From sequence record PZ295659.1: a stretch of 64,000 bases of DNA; one strand, written 5' to 3'. Position 1 is the stretch's first letter. Every line of letters starts with the position of its first letter. The notes under the pieces were generated by a model. The model searched no databases, was not told the origin of the DNA, and was given only the letters and a program-made list of their open reading frames with translations. Source of the stretch: a phage. Below, piece by piece: positions 55,749 to 64,000 of this stretch. The translations under genes were made by a program, and so were the position numbers.

Positions 55749-55975
55749 TATTTTTTAATCAAATTGACATAAAACTTGGCGTCTTCCGGATGCATGCCTT
55801 CACAGTATTCTTCAACCATGAACTTCTTAACGGCTTCATAAGGACCACTCAGATTAAGCTCAGTTGTCCAGAACTTGGAATCTTGGACTGAATCGATACG
55901 AACTTCAGGGTGACGGTTGCGAATAACTTCTTCAGTGTATTCATAATCAACGACATCAATACTAACTGTAGCCAT
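55748..55975 (-). CDS. hypothetical protein
   Basis: 75-aa ORF. Confidence 0.45.
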   Translation of the reverse strand: MATVSIDVVDYEYTEEVIRNRHPEVRIDSVQDSKFWTTELNLSGPYEAVKKFMVEEYCEGMHPEDAKFYVNLIKK

Positions 55976-55989
55976 TTTGTTTCTCCTCT

Positions 55990-56034
55990 GTAGTTGATAA
56001 GTCTATAGTATCACCATCCTTGGTGCTTGTACAT
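55990..56034 (-). promoter_or_regulatory. early promoter with CACCAAGGATGGTG inverted repeat
   Basis: Hybrid of PeSL and CCAAGGATGG promoter types. Confidence 0.4.
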
Positions 56035-56042
56035 CATTATTT

Positions 56043-56348
56043 TTAATTTTTCCAACTTAACAACTTGTAGTGCCCTTCATTCGTACGAGGTTTATCCCAA
56101 GAAATACTAATATATGATTCACTGTCAATAGAAGTCGCCGGGTTTTTCTCTACCGTAAGACCTTCACTTTCCAGCCATTCAATAGTATTTGCGCATAAAT
56201 CAGAAGAACACCTCATCGGAAACCTGCAAGATTTTTCACCTTTAGCTGCAGTGTTATACATCTTTTCTAAAATACGCTTTTGCACGTTTTTAAAAATAGT
56301 TTCAGCGGATTCTTCAGATTTTTTATTCAGTTCAGTATAAAGACTCAT
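56043..56348 (-). CDS. hypothetical protein
   Basis: Track ORF trimmed to ATG 56348. Confidence 0.45.
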   Translation of the reverse strand: MSLYTELNKKSEESAETIFKNVQKRILEKMYNTAAKGEKSCRFPMRCSSDLCANTIEWLESEGLTVEKNPATSIDSESYISISWDKPRTNEGHYKLLSWKN

Positions 56349-56405
56349 AACATTCTTCTCATTAATAGGGCTCATAATATCTCAATCATAAGCCCATGTA
56401 AACAA

Positions 56406-56669
56406 TTATTTCATATTATTGAAATAATCTTCCGCATCAAAATCGTTATCATGGTAAACTTTGGTAGACGATTTGGCGTAGCCTTCAGCCGAGAACATAT
56501 TAATCACAACTTTAATTGTATACCACTGTCCGTCTTCATTACCCATTACTGCATAGGTTTCATACACAGGGTGTTCAGGACCGATAACTTTAATATCATT
56601 CACCGTACGTCCGAAATCTTCTGGAACGCATTTCATAAAGAAGTTGAACAGTTCACCGTAATTATCCAT
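56406..56669 (-). CDS. hypothetical protein
   Basis: Track ORF trimmed to ATG 56669 (GGAG SD) so it no longer overlaps its promoter. Confidence 0.45.
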   Translation of the reverse strand: MDNYGELFNFFMKCVPEDFGRTVNDIKVIGPEHPVYETYAVMGNEDGQWYTIKVVINMFSAEGYAKSSTKVYHDNDFDAEDYFNNMK

Positions 56670-56699
56670 TTCATTCTCCAAGTTTTTCTGTATCGGTAG

Positions 56700-56740
56700 T
56701 TGATAGTTGTATAGTACCACAGAAGAACAGGGATGTAAAC
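56700..56740 (-). promoter_or_regulatory. early promoter stem-loop (PeSL)
   Basis: gtaaac at 56735-56740. Confidence 0.45.
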
Positions 56741-56840
56741 AGTTTTGTGAAAAAATTTTTAAAAAGTTTTGTGGAATTCTAGGACATGGAGAGGAAAGGC
56801 CTAGATACCAAAAAGCCCTATCTAAATGATAGGGCTAAAA

Positions 56841-57404
56841 TTATTTACCTAGTTTAGTTATTATAGCTTCGGCAGCAGCTTTTAGCTTAGATGCAGTGTT
56901 AATACGATTTTTAATTTCAGTATACGCATCGCCAAGAACATCAAGGCTATCAGAATAAACACTTACACTATTGCGTTCGCTATTTGAAATAGAACCTTTA
57001 GTTTTACGATCAAAATCAGTGTACACGTCTTGAAGATCACGGGCTGCCTTCTTTGCATCATCCAATGCATCAAGAGCTTTATTCAAAGCATTGACATATT
57101 TTTTAGTGTCAAACATATTCTTAGAAATTTTAACAGGTGCACGTTCAGGAGTAGCTAAGGCGGATTTAGGAACCTGCGTGCCAGATGCCAGTTTCTTAGA
57201 AATTTTGAAAAACGCTTTATTGAAACTATTTTCTTGACTCATCGTAAAAGAACTAGTATCGATGTTATACATTTCAATAGCTTTAGCTTTCCACTTAAGA
57301 AAATCGCCACGGTCTTTTGGATCCAAGTGGAAGAATACTTTAGTAAGATCTGCTTCAGATGGTAATTTTGCTGCTTCTGTTAAAAATTCGGCATAGGTTT
57401 TCAT
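56841..57404 (-). CDS. internal-protein-like (Ip) with capsid targeting sequence
   Basis: N-terminus MKTYAEFLTEA; 187 aa. Confidence 0.6.
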   Translation of the reverse strand: MKTYAEFLTEAAKLPSEADLTKVFFHLDPKDRGDFLKWKAKAIEMYNIDTSSFTMSQENSFNKAFFKISKKLASGTQVPKSALATPERAPVKISKNMFDTKKYVNALNKALDALDDAKKAARDLQDVYTDFDRKTKGSISNSERNSVSVYSDSLDVLGDAYTEIKNRINTASKLKAAAEAIITKLGK

Positions 57405-57492
57405 TTAAAATCCTTGAAATAATTTATCGGTTTGTTATTAATTATTTATTACTTTGGTATTATTAGTAACAGCATTCTCTGAGTGATTCAAA

Positions 57493-57521
57493 CTAAAAAG
57501 CCCCAACCTTTCGGAAGGGGC
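57493..57521 (-). terminator. rho-independent terminator (copy 2 of repeated hairpin)
   Basis: Same GCCCCUUCCGAAAGGUUGGGGC + U-tract as 41387-41416. Confidence 0.55.
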
Positions 57522-57833
57522 TAAGCCTTGCGGCAACCTTGTCGGGGTTCCACCTGCTAAGGCAAGTGTTTGTACGAAACGCCGGGATTCGAACCCGGTT
57601 ATTAAGCAGTTGACGCTACTCAATATTTTTAAAAGGCCATATCTCGACCATATCCGAACGTTCCGTCAAAAACGCTACTCGGCTTACGGCAAAGATATTT
57701 CCTCGAATCGATAATTCTGTGCGCCGTTTCTGCTGTGATGTAAGGGGATATTAACAAATCATAAAGATTTATTAAGACCAGTCCTTACGCAGGGAACATC
57801 AGTCCGACGACTTACCGGTAGCGACCCGGCTTC
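57522..57833 (-). ncRNA. possible small stable RNA / degenerate tRNA region
   Basis: ~310 nt without convincing ORF, relatively GC-rich, canonical T-arm CCGGG-TTCGAAT-CCCGG (plus 57582-57598) but no full cloverleaf found; ends at a terminator. Confidence 0.25.
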
Positions 57834-58178
57834 TTATTTTGGCATATCATCAATTTGCTCTCGACGCCGACGCCATAGATTAATCGCTTCATTAGCACAT
57901 TCGGCGTTTGGTATATGGCGGCAATAATATAATGATTCGCGTTTCTGGAACCGATGTTGCAACGGGATTTCGTTTAAAAGGTCTTTACGGTCAAAGTATT
58001 CAAAACTAGTTAACCCGGAACGATTTTTAAGGAACTTCCAATGGCCGAATTCATTTTGAACATAGATGTAATCTGCATGTTGGTATAACAAATTAATCAA
58101 TCGGTCTGAAATAACTGTATCATATTCGTTAAAATAAAACGTTAAATCATGAACTACCAGATAAATATTGCCTTTCAT
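57834..58178 (-). CDS. hypothetical protein
   Basis: Track ORF trimmed to ATG 58178 to avoid overlapping tRNA. Confidence 0.45.
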   Translation of the reverse strand: MKGNIYLVVHDLTFYFNEYDTVISDRLINLLYQHADYIYVQNEFGHWKFLKNRSGLTSFEYFDRKDLLNEIPLQHRFQKRESLYYCRHIPNAECANEAINLWRRRREQIDDMPK

Positions 58179-58196
58179 ATTTTCCTCACTTAAAGT

Positions 58197-58273
<77 letters not shown>

Positions 58274-58279
58274 AATATA

Positions 58280-58353
58280 TGACCCAGACCAGATTCGAAC
58301 TGGTAACCTTTCCCTTATGAGGGGACTGCTGCTAACCGTTGAGCTACAGGGCC
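58280..58353 (-). tRNA. tRNA with anticodon CAU (Ile2 or Met)
   Basis: Acceptor GGCCCTG/CTGGGTC (one U-U mismatch), T-arm ACCAG-TTCGAAT-CTGGT, anticodon loop CTCATAA; D-stem weak. Confidence 0.5.
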
Positions 58354-58432
58354 TAAATAACTTTCTATTATTAAAGGCACTTTAGAGCACCTTTGGTAAT
58401 AGAGGGTATGAATTAATAATAACACATAATTC

Positions 58433-58948
58433 TTAAAGCAAATCAATCATTTTAACGGTTGGCAAAACGATTTCTTCTTCAATATAAGCAAATTCGACAC
58501 GTTCAACTACACGCAAGAAATCATAATCATAATATTCAGAAGCATAGCCAAGAATATCAGTGAGACCTTCTGATACCAAATATCCATTCTCACGGAACAG
58601 GTCAAATACACGTGATTCGTCTTCTTCAGATTTATTACCGAGGTCGACTTCAATATCAAAGACCTTTTTAATGAATTCTGGATAAAGCTGGTCTGAGAAC
58701 AGTCCTTCAACCAAGTATTCATAGATTAAAAGCGAGCAATCACTGAATAGTGTATTACCACAGTAACGTTCAACTTTAGTACTAGAATGACGACTCTTAA
58801 ATTTCTTCAAGAGATATTTAAACTGTTGGAGCTCATGCTCTTCTACACCAAATAATGTTTTGGTTTTATAGTTGTCGCCGTCATTTTCCCAAGTAGTGAC
58901 ATCAATTACATAACCTTTAGGAATTGTACTGCCTAAACAAATATTCAT
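58433..58948 (-). CDS. hypothetical protein
   Basis: 171-aa ORF. Confidence 0.5.
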   Translation of the reverse strand: MNICLGSTIPKGYVIDVTTWENDGDNYKTKTLFGVEEHELQQFKYLLKKFKSRHSSTKVERYCGNTLFSDCSLLIYEYLVEGLFSDQLYPEFIKKVFDIEVDLGNKSEEDESRVFDLFRENGYLVSEGLTDILGYASEYYDYDFLRVVERVEFAYIEEEIVLPTVKMIDLL

Positions 58949-58952
58949 TTAA

Positions 58953-59243
58953 TCACCGTACCATATTAATGTAGTTATATTCAATGCAACGTAATTTCAA
59001 AGGGTTCTTGAAAATATCATATTCAAGAGGGCCTGATTCAGTTTCAATAAAGAAATCAAAGTTAACTGTGTTAAATTTATCATCTTCACAGAGTAATTTA
59101 ACCTGTGAAGACGAACGGTCGATGTAAACCTTTTCAACTTCAAAACATGTTAAAATGCCATAATCATCAATCAAGGCTTTAGCTGCTTCTTGATCATATT
59201 TATATCCATTTTCAATGGATGATACTTTCGCATAAAGAATCAT
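58953..59243 (-). CDS. hypothetical protein
   Basis: 96-aa ORF. Confidence 0.45.
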   Translation of the reverse strand: MILYAKVSSIENGYKYDQEAAKALIDDYGILTCFEVEKVYIDRSSSQVKLLCEDDKFNTVNFDFFIETESGPLEYDIFKNPLKLRCIEYNYINMVR

Positions 59244-59245
59244 TA

Positions 59246-59620
59246 TTAACCTTTATCAACAATAGTATGTGTATGGGCATTTACGATTTGCCACCAGTCA
59301 AAACTATCGCCAAATCGTTTTGATTTATTGTCTTCAATAATTTGGCGTAATTCATCTTCAGTAGCGGCTTTCGCGATTAAATCAGCATATCCACCACGAG
59401 GATAATAATTATCACCTGCAAAAAGTAAAAAGTTTGGTTTAATATTATTAAACTCTTCAAGAGTAATAACTGTTCCACCAGGTTGAACAATATCTACATA
59501 ACTATATCCTAATTTTTGAGCAGCATCTACTGCTTCAAGCAGGGTATCATGAGCCCATCCAATTTGGCAATCTGGCTTTTCAGATGGATTAGCCTGATAA
59601 TCCGCGTACACTTTATACAT
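59246..59620 (-). CDS. hypothetical protein
   Basis: Track ORF trimmed to ATG 59620. Confidence 0.45.
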   Translation of the reverse strand: MYKVYADYQANPSEKPDCQIGWAHDTLLEAVDAAQKLGYSYVDIVQPGGTVITLEEFNNIKPNFLLFAGDNYYPRGGYADLIAKAATEDELRQIIEDNKSKRFGDSFDWWQIVNAHTHTIVDKG

Positions 59621-59621
59621 T

Positions 59622-59828
59622 CTATTCACCTTTTGCAATTTTATCCATAACGATAGCGATTAAGCCGATTAGAAATGCTACTACCAATGAGATAGAATTT
59701 TCTGTTGTTGTCAGTAGTCCGCAAATGAATCCTACAAACATCGAAAAACTAAAAGCCATTGAAGCAATTACTACAGCAACATTACGAATCAGTTCAGCGC
59801 GTTTCATTTTATTTCTCCATTTACTCAT
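59622..59828 (-). CDS. small membrane protein
   Basis: 68 aa, two hydrophobic helices. Confidence 0.5.
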   Translation of the reverse strand: MSKWRNKMKRAELIRNVAVVIASMAFSFSMFVGFICGLLTTTENSISLVVAFLIGLIAIVMDKIAKGE

Positions 59829-59834
59829 TTGATT

Positions 59835-59874
59835 TGATAGGACTACTATAACATAGTCCTATCAGCATGTAAAC
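59835..59874 (-). promoter_or_regulatory. early promoter stem-loop (PeSL)
   Basis: 10-bp inverted repeat gataggacta/tagtcctatc around TGTTATAG, gtaaac at 59869-59874. Confidence 0.55.
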
Positions 59875-59877
59875 TAC

Positions 59878-60165
59878 TTACAGAAGAGTTTTTGCAATAA
59901 TTTTAAGCTGAGCTACAGAAATATGCTTAGCTTTAAACAGTGCAGTCTCTTCAGCCGGAGAGATAACAATAGTAGCGCCATCTTTCTTAGCAGACCATCC
60001 ATCCCCTAAGTAAACAGTACCTTTTACTTCTTCGCCGTCAACCAGACTAATCATTGGTTTACCCTCGCGTCCTTTATTTGCTTTAATAACTTCAGAAGTA
60101 AGGGTTGCTTCGGTCAGAGTAGAAACGTTAGCAACAGGTGATATAAATTCTTTAAATGTTTTCAT
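59878..60165 (-). CDS. internal-protein-like (Ip) at the ipI locus next to 57B
   Basis: N-terminus MKTFKEFISP...LTEA; sits where T4 carries ipI. Confidence 0.55.
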   Translation of the reverse strand: MKTFKEFISPVANVSTLTEATLTSEVIKANKGREGKPMISLVDGEEVKGTVYLGDGWSAKKDGATIVISPAEETALFKAKHISVAQLKIIAKTLL

Positions 60166-60189
60166 TTTATTTCCTTGAGGTCGTTTATT

Positions 60190-60229
60190 TGATAGGATGA
60201 TAGTAACACACCATCATCCTTATGTAAAC
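60190..60229 (-). promoter_or_regulatory. early promoter stem-loop (PeSL)
   Basis: gataggatgatagtaacacaccatcatcc, gtaaac at 60224-60229. Confidence 0.5.
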
Positions 60230-60242
60230 TGTTTTGTGAAAA

Positions 60243-60928
<686 letters not shown>

Positions 60929-60932
60929 TTTA

Positions 60933-61667
60933 TTACCTTAAGATTTTTTCAATTTTAGAATAAAGCTCTTCTAAAGAGCCGTCGTTTGTAATAACTAAGT
61001 CGCCTTCTTCAATAGGCAACCCAGCTTCTGTAATATGTTTATCAGTGGATTCAGTACCAGAGCGAACCACATGAATAACTGTAGCACCCATCGCTCTAGC
61101 GGTTTCCATTTCATGGACTTGGCGTGTATCGGTCACAACGTAGTAATCGAAATCACTTCCAATATAATCCATATAGTTTAATGCAAAAAGCTTAACCCAA
61201 TACATACGGTCAAATAAATTAACGACAACATCCGTACCGAGGGCTTGCATAAGACGGCGGATTGACCACGTGTCGTTGATATTATTTATAGCTTCACGCA
61301 GGGCTTCATACGGTTTAATATCTAGATATGAATATCCACCTTCTAGTGATGATAATACGTTAACACCATTAATTGGCAGGTATTGTCGCTGTAAATAAAT
61401 TAGCGTTTCTTCCATTAATTCAATAACATCCAATTTATTGAGATTTAATGGTGTTTCACGGTCGTATCCAATGCCTTCAAAGTATTCATATTTCAACTCG
61501 GTGAATACATCAGGGTTTTCGGCATGTTTACGCTCCCAAGCTATTGCTAGAGCGTCTTTAATTGGATATGCTAATTGATATTTTATGGATTTAAAGTTTG
61601 AATTGATGTAATCAGCAGTAGTGTCTTTACCACTACGTTTGATGCCGCTTAAAAAGATTAGCTCCAT
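60933..61667 (-). CDS. 1: deoxynucleoside monophosphate kinase gp1
   Basis: MELIFLSGIKRSGKDTTADYINS...DRMYWVKLFALNY...AMGATVIHVVR colinear with T4 gp1. Confidence 0.95.
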   Translation of the reverse strand: MELIFLSGIKRSGKDTTADYINSNFKSIKYQLAYPIKDALAIAWERKHAENPDVFTELKYEYFEGIGYDRETPLNLNKLDVIELMEETLIYLQRQYLPINGVNVLSSLEGGYSYLDIKPYEALREAINNINDTWSIRRLMQALGTDVVVNLFDRMYWVKLFALNYMDYIGSDFDYYVVTDTRQVHEMETARAMGATVIHVVRSGTESTDKHITEAGLPIEEGDLVITNDGSLEELYSKIEKILR

Positions 61668-61721
61668 AGGTTTTTCCTCATATAATTTATGAACGATTAT
61701 AACATATGGAGCTAGAAGCGA

Positions 61722-62312
61722 TTAACGCAAGGAAGGGTGTCTAGAAATGGATTTAGATTCGACCGCTTGACGTGGCTGTTGAGATACAATGACTTCGCCA
61801 TCCTTTTCTATCGTCATATACGCGTAGTGAATAGTTGCTACGCACGTAACGGCAGGGTCAGAGTCTTCGGTGTAACTAAATTCAATTTCACTCAAATCAG
61901 AAATCCATGGTTTATAGAAATTTGCCGTCAAAACTACTTCGGTCTTATTGTTGTTTAAAATGTGCAAAGTAACAAACTCAGGACCATCTGAGTGGGCCGT
62001 ATTATGTCCGGTTATATAGTTATTAGTGCTGAGCATCCATTTATACATGTTCATCCAGGACGTCATGTCTTCATCAACTATAAATCGTACAACAAAAGGG
62101 TCATATTCAAATGTGGTGCCTGCACGCATTGCACGTCCTAACCCCATTGTGCCTGTCACAGTTTCAACAACAGGAATTCTCACACCTGGTAATGGAGCCG
62201 TTTGGGCATTGAGCACAAAACCTGAAGTTCGTGTACTATCTGGGATATCCACAACAAAGTTTGTTATATTTGTTTGGTTAAAAATCTGTCTCGTTGGACG
62301 AGTCATAAGCAC
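61722..62312 (-). CDS. 3: tail completion / sheath stabiliser gp3
   Basis: 196-aa ORF at the T4 gene 3 position between 1 and 2. Confidence 0.65.
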   Translation of the reverse strand: MLMTRPTRQIFNQTNITNFVVDIPDSTRTSGFVLNAQTAPLPGVRIPVVETVTGTMGLGRAMRAGTTFEYDPFVVRFIVDEDMTSWMNMYKWMLSTNNYITGHNTAHSDGPEFVTLHILNNNKTEVVLTANFYKPWISDLSEIEFSYTEDSDPAVTCVATIHYAYMTIEKDGEVIVSQQPRQAVESKSISRHPSLR

Positions 62313-62408
62313 CTCAAAAACGCTTTAATAAAAATGCAGTATAATGGTTTTAGGTCTCTTCCATTAATCTGGTTCAACAGAATATCAGAAGAACGGAAGA
62401 GAATAGAA

Positions 62409-63230
62409 TTAAGATTTCCAAACAGTATTCGCAGAGAAACGTTTTCCTTTTGACATAAACTGCTGAGTAGGTAACATGATTATGTTAGCCCAGTCTTTGG
62501 GAGCTATTTCTGTTATTGTTCCTCTAATGTGGCCTGGCAGGTATGCTTTAATCATTTTGTCAGCACCTTGAAATCCTTTCACCTTGCTCCAGTCTATCTT
62601 CAACTTTGTGTTATTAGTAATAGTAGTTGTGCTAGCATATTGCTTCAGCAATTCTTCAAGAAACTGTTGACGTGCTTTAGGTGGGATATAGTGCAAGTTT
62701 AGCCCATACATCAAATTATGTTTACCTAATCCTAAATAAATAATCAAAGGATATCGGTCCCAGTATGGCAGAGTATCTTTATGTTTAGCATCATACACGT
62801 AAGTATAAATTTTGCCTGGCGTAGGCTTGACTACTTTATGACCTTTTACACTTTTCTTAATTGTTTCAACGAACCACTTGGATGATTTGTTGTTTACTGC
62901 TGCGCCTTCATTTCTAATCTTTTCTCGTATTGAACTGCGAAACGAGTTTATCATCAGAAGCTGGCGTTCTTGCTTATTGAGTTTATTTTTAGGTTTAGAT
63001 TCAAGCGTTTCAATTTTCTGTGCAGTCTTAATAGATGATGCGTATCTAGACATTGCAGATGTAAACGACGAGTATTTTATTCCTTTTGATTCTGCAAATG
63101 CTTTTGCAGTGATTCCTTTCTCTTTAGCTTTCTTGTATTCTAATCCTATCTCAATCCATTTTCTTTCATTCATAGACTGAGTAATCTTAGGGGCTTGTAC
63201 GCCTTCAGATATAATTTGGAATATGCTCAT
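62409..63230 (-). CDS. 2: DNA end protector gp2
   Basis: 273-aa ORF at the T4 gene 2 position. Confidence 0.75.
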   Translation of the reverse strand: MSIFQIISEGVQAPKITQSMNERKWIEIGLEYKKAKEKGITAKAFAESKGIKYSSFTSAMSRYASSIKTAQKIETLESKPKNKLNKQERQLLMINSFRSSIREKIRNEGAAVNNKSSKWFVETIKKSVKGHKVVKPTPGKIYTYVYDAKHKDTLPYWDRYPLIIYLGLGKHNLMYGLNLHYIPPKARQQFLEELLKQYASTTTITNNTKLKIDWSKVKGFQGADKMIKAYLPGHIRGTITEIAPKDWANIIMLPTQQFMSKGKRFSANTVWKS

Positions 63231-63232
63231 AA

Positions 63233-63682
63233 TTACCCCTTGTATCCGAGTTTCCTAAGCCCGTCTTCGGTTAGAACTCGAAATTTTATATTTCTCTTTT
63301 CTGCGACAGCAGAAGCAGCTTTCCATTTGTCACAGTTCACAGACCAGGTATATATTTCATTCATATAACGTTTCTTTGCTGCAGTCGTAAGATTTACAGG
63401 CTTAATAGGCGGCTGAGTTTCTTTCTTTGGTTTTATTTCTACAAAGAACTCTTGACCTGATGCATCTTTCATCCATATATCCATAAAGTATCGACGTTTT
63501 TTACCTTCTGCGTTACAGAAATATGGAATTACTGCTGTTTCGCTGCCCCACGCAATAATTTCTGGATTTTTATCTAACCATTCGAAAAAGAATTTTTCCC
63601 AGTTTGAACGATACGTTATTTTGGTATGGTCTCCACGGTATTTTTTTAAATTTTTCGGGACCCATTTACCAGAGTAGGCCAT
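63233..63682 (-). CDS. 4: head completion protein gp4
   Basis: [42 protein letters not shown]...; ATG 63682 downstream of late promoter. Confidence 0.8.
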   Translation of the reverse strand: MAYSGKWVPKNLKKYRGDHTKITYRSNWEKFFFEWLDKNPEIIAWGSETAVIPYFCNAEGKKRRYFMDIWMKDASGQEFFVEIKPKKETQPPIKPVNLTTAAKKRYMNEIYTWSVNCDKWKAASAVAEKRNIKFRVLTEDGLRKLGYKG

Positions 63683-63693
63683 GTTGTCCTCCT

Positions 63694-63701
63694 TATAAAT
63701 A
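63694..63701 (+). promoter_or_regulatory. late promoter TATAAATA for gene 53
   Basis: Exact T4 late-promoter octamer on plus strand ~40 nt upstream of gp53 start. Confidence 0.6.
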
Positions 63702-63708
63702 GTATTAT

Positions 63709-63716
63709 TATTTATA
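63709..63716 (-). promoter_or_regulatory. late promoter TATAAATA for gene 4
   Basis: plus tatttata = minus TATAAATA, ~27 nt upstream of gp4 ATG; divergent from the gene 53 promoter. Confidence 0.6.
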
Positions 63717-63742
63717 CCAATTTCATATTGGAAGGAGACTAT

Positions 63743-64000
63743 CTTGTTATTTACATTCTTCGACCCAATAGGATATAGTGCTAAAACAGTTAATAAGAAC
63801 GCACCTACTATTCCTATGACAGACATATTTCGTAACTATAAAGAGTACTTTAAGCGTGTTGCTGCCAATTATAGATTACGTTCTTATTATATTAAAGGCT
63901 CTCCACGTCCTGAAGAACTAGCAAACATAATTTATGGCAACCCTCAATTATACTGGGTCCTTTTGATGTGTAATGATAACTATGATCCGTATTATGGTTG
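63743..64000 (+). CDS. 53: baseplate wedge protein gp53, N-terminal part (continues beyond window end)
   Basis: Only plus-strand gene; AAGGAGA SD then TTG 63743 (or ATG 63815); ...MTDIFRNYKEYFKRVAANYRLRSYYIKGSPRPEELANIIYGNPQLYWVLLMCNDNYDPYYG. Confidence 0.6.

Noticed and set aside
57582-57598. Possible third tRNA based on a perfect T-arm
   Set aside because: Could not build an acceptor stem, D-arm or anticodon arm around it by hand; kept only as part of a possible ncRNA/remnant

Overview
This window reads as a contiguous segment of a T4-like (Tevenvirinae) phage genome, running from primase gene 61 to baseplate gene 53. Almost every gene is on the minus strand and tightly packed, often with ATGA start/stop overlaps. 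The DNA polymerase matches my memory of phage RB69 gp43, so this is probably RB69 or a close Mosigvirus relative; that identification is from memory and unverified. Recognisable core genes are 61, sp, dmd, 41, 40, uvsX, 43, regA, 62, 44, 45, rpbA, 46, 47, 55, nrdH/G/D, 49, nrdC, tk, regB, denV, e, nudE, 57B (acb1), 57A, 1, 3, 2, 4 and the start of 53. The most interesting region is 7121-13668, between uvsX and gene 43. Where T4 carries beta-gt and imm, this phage has a thymidylate-synthase-family hydroxymethylase plus a complete-looking pathway for making an NDP-pentose: a KdsD-like arabinose-5-phosphate isomerase, a HAD phosphatase, and a fused sugar-1-P nucleotidyltransferase/anomeric kinase. 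Three unassigned enzymes sit in the same block, and no alpha- or beta-glucosyltransferase gene is present at the T4 positions. This fits an arabinosyl-hmC type DNA hypermodification whose transferase and accessory steps are unassigned. Other notable content: six internal-protein-like genes with the T4 capsid-targeting N-terminus, a macrodomain protein, two Pol-beta-fold nucleotidyltransferase-like proteins, a chimeric grcA whose 3' half looks host-derived, and families of small paralogs. The accessory regions are punctuated by repeated early-promoter stem-loops. Two tRNAs are called; no CRISPR array or homing endonuclease was found. All homology statements are from reading the translations and recalled motifs, with no database search.
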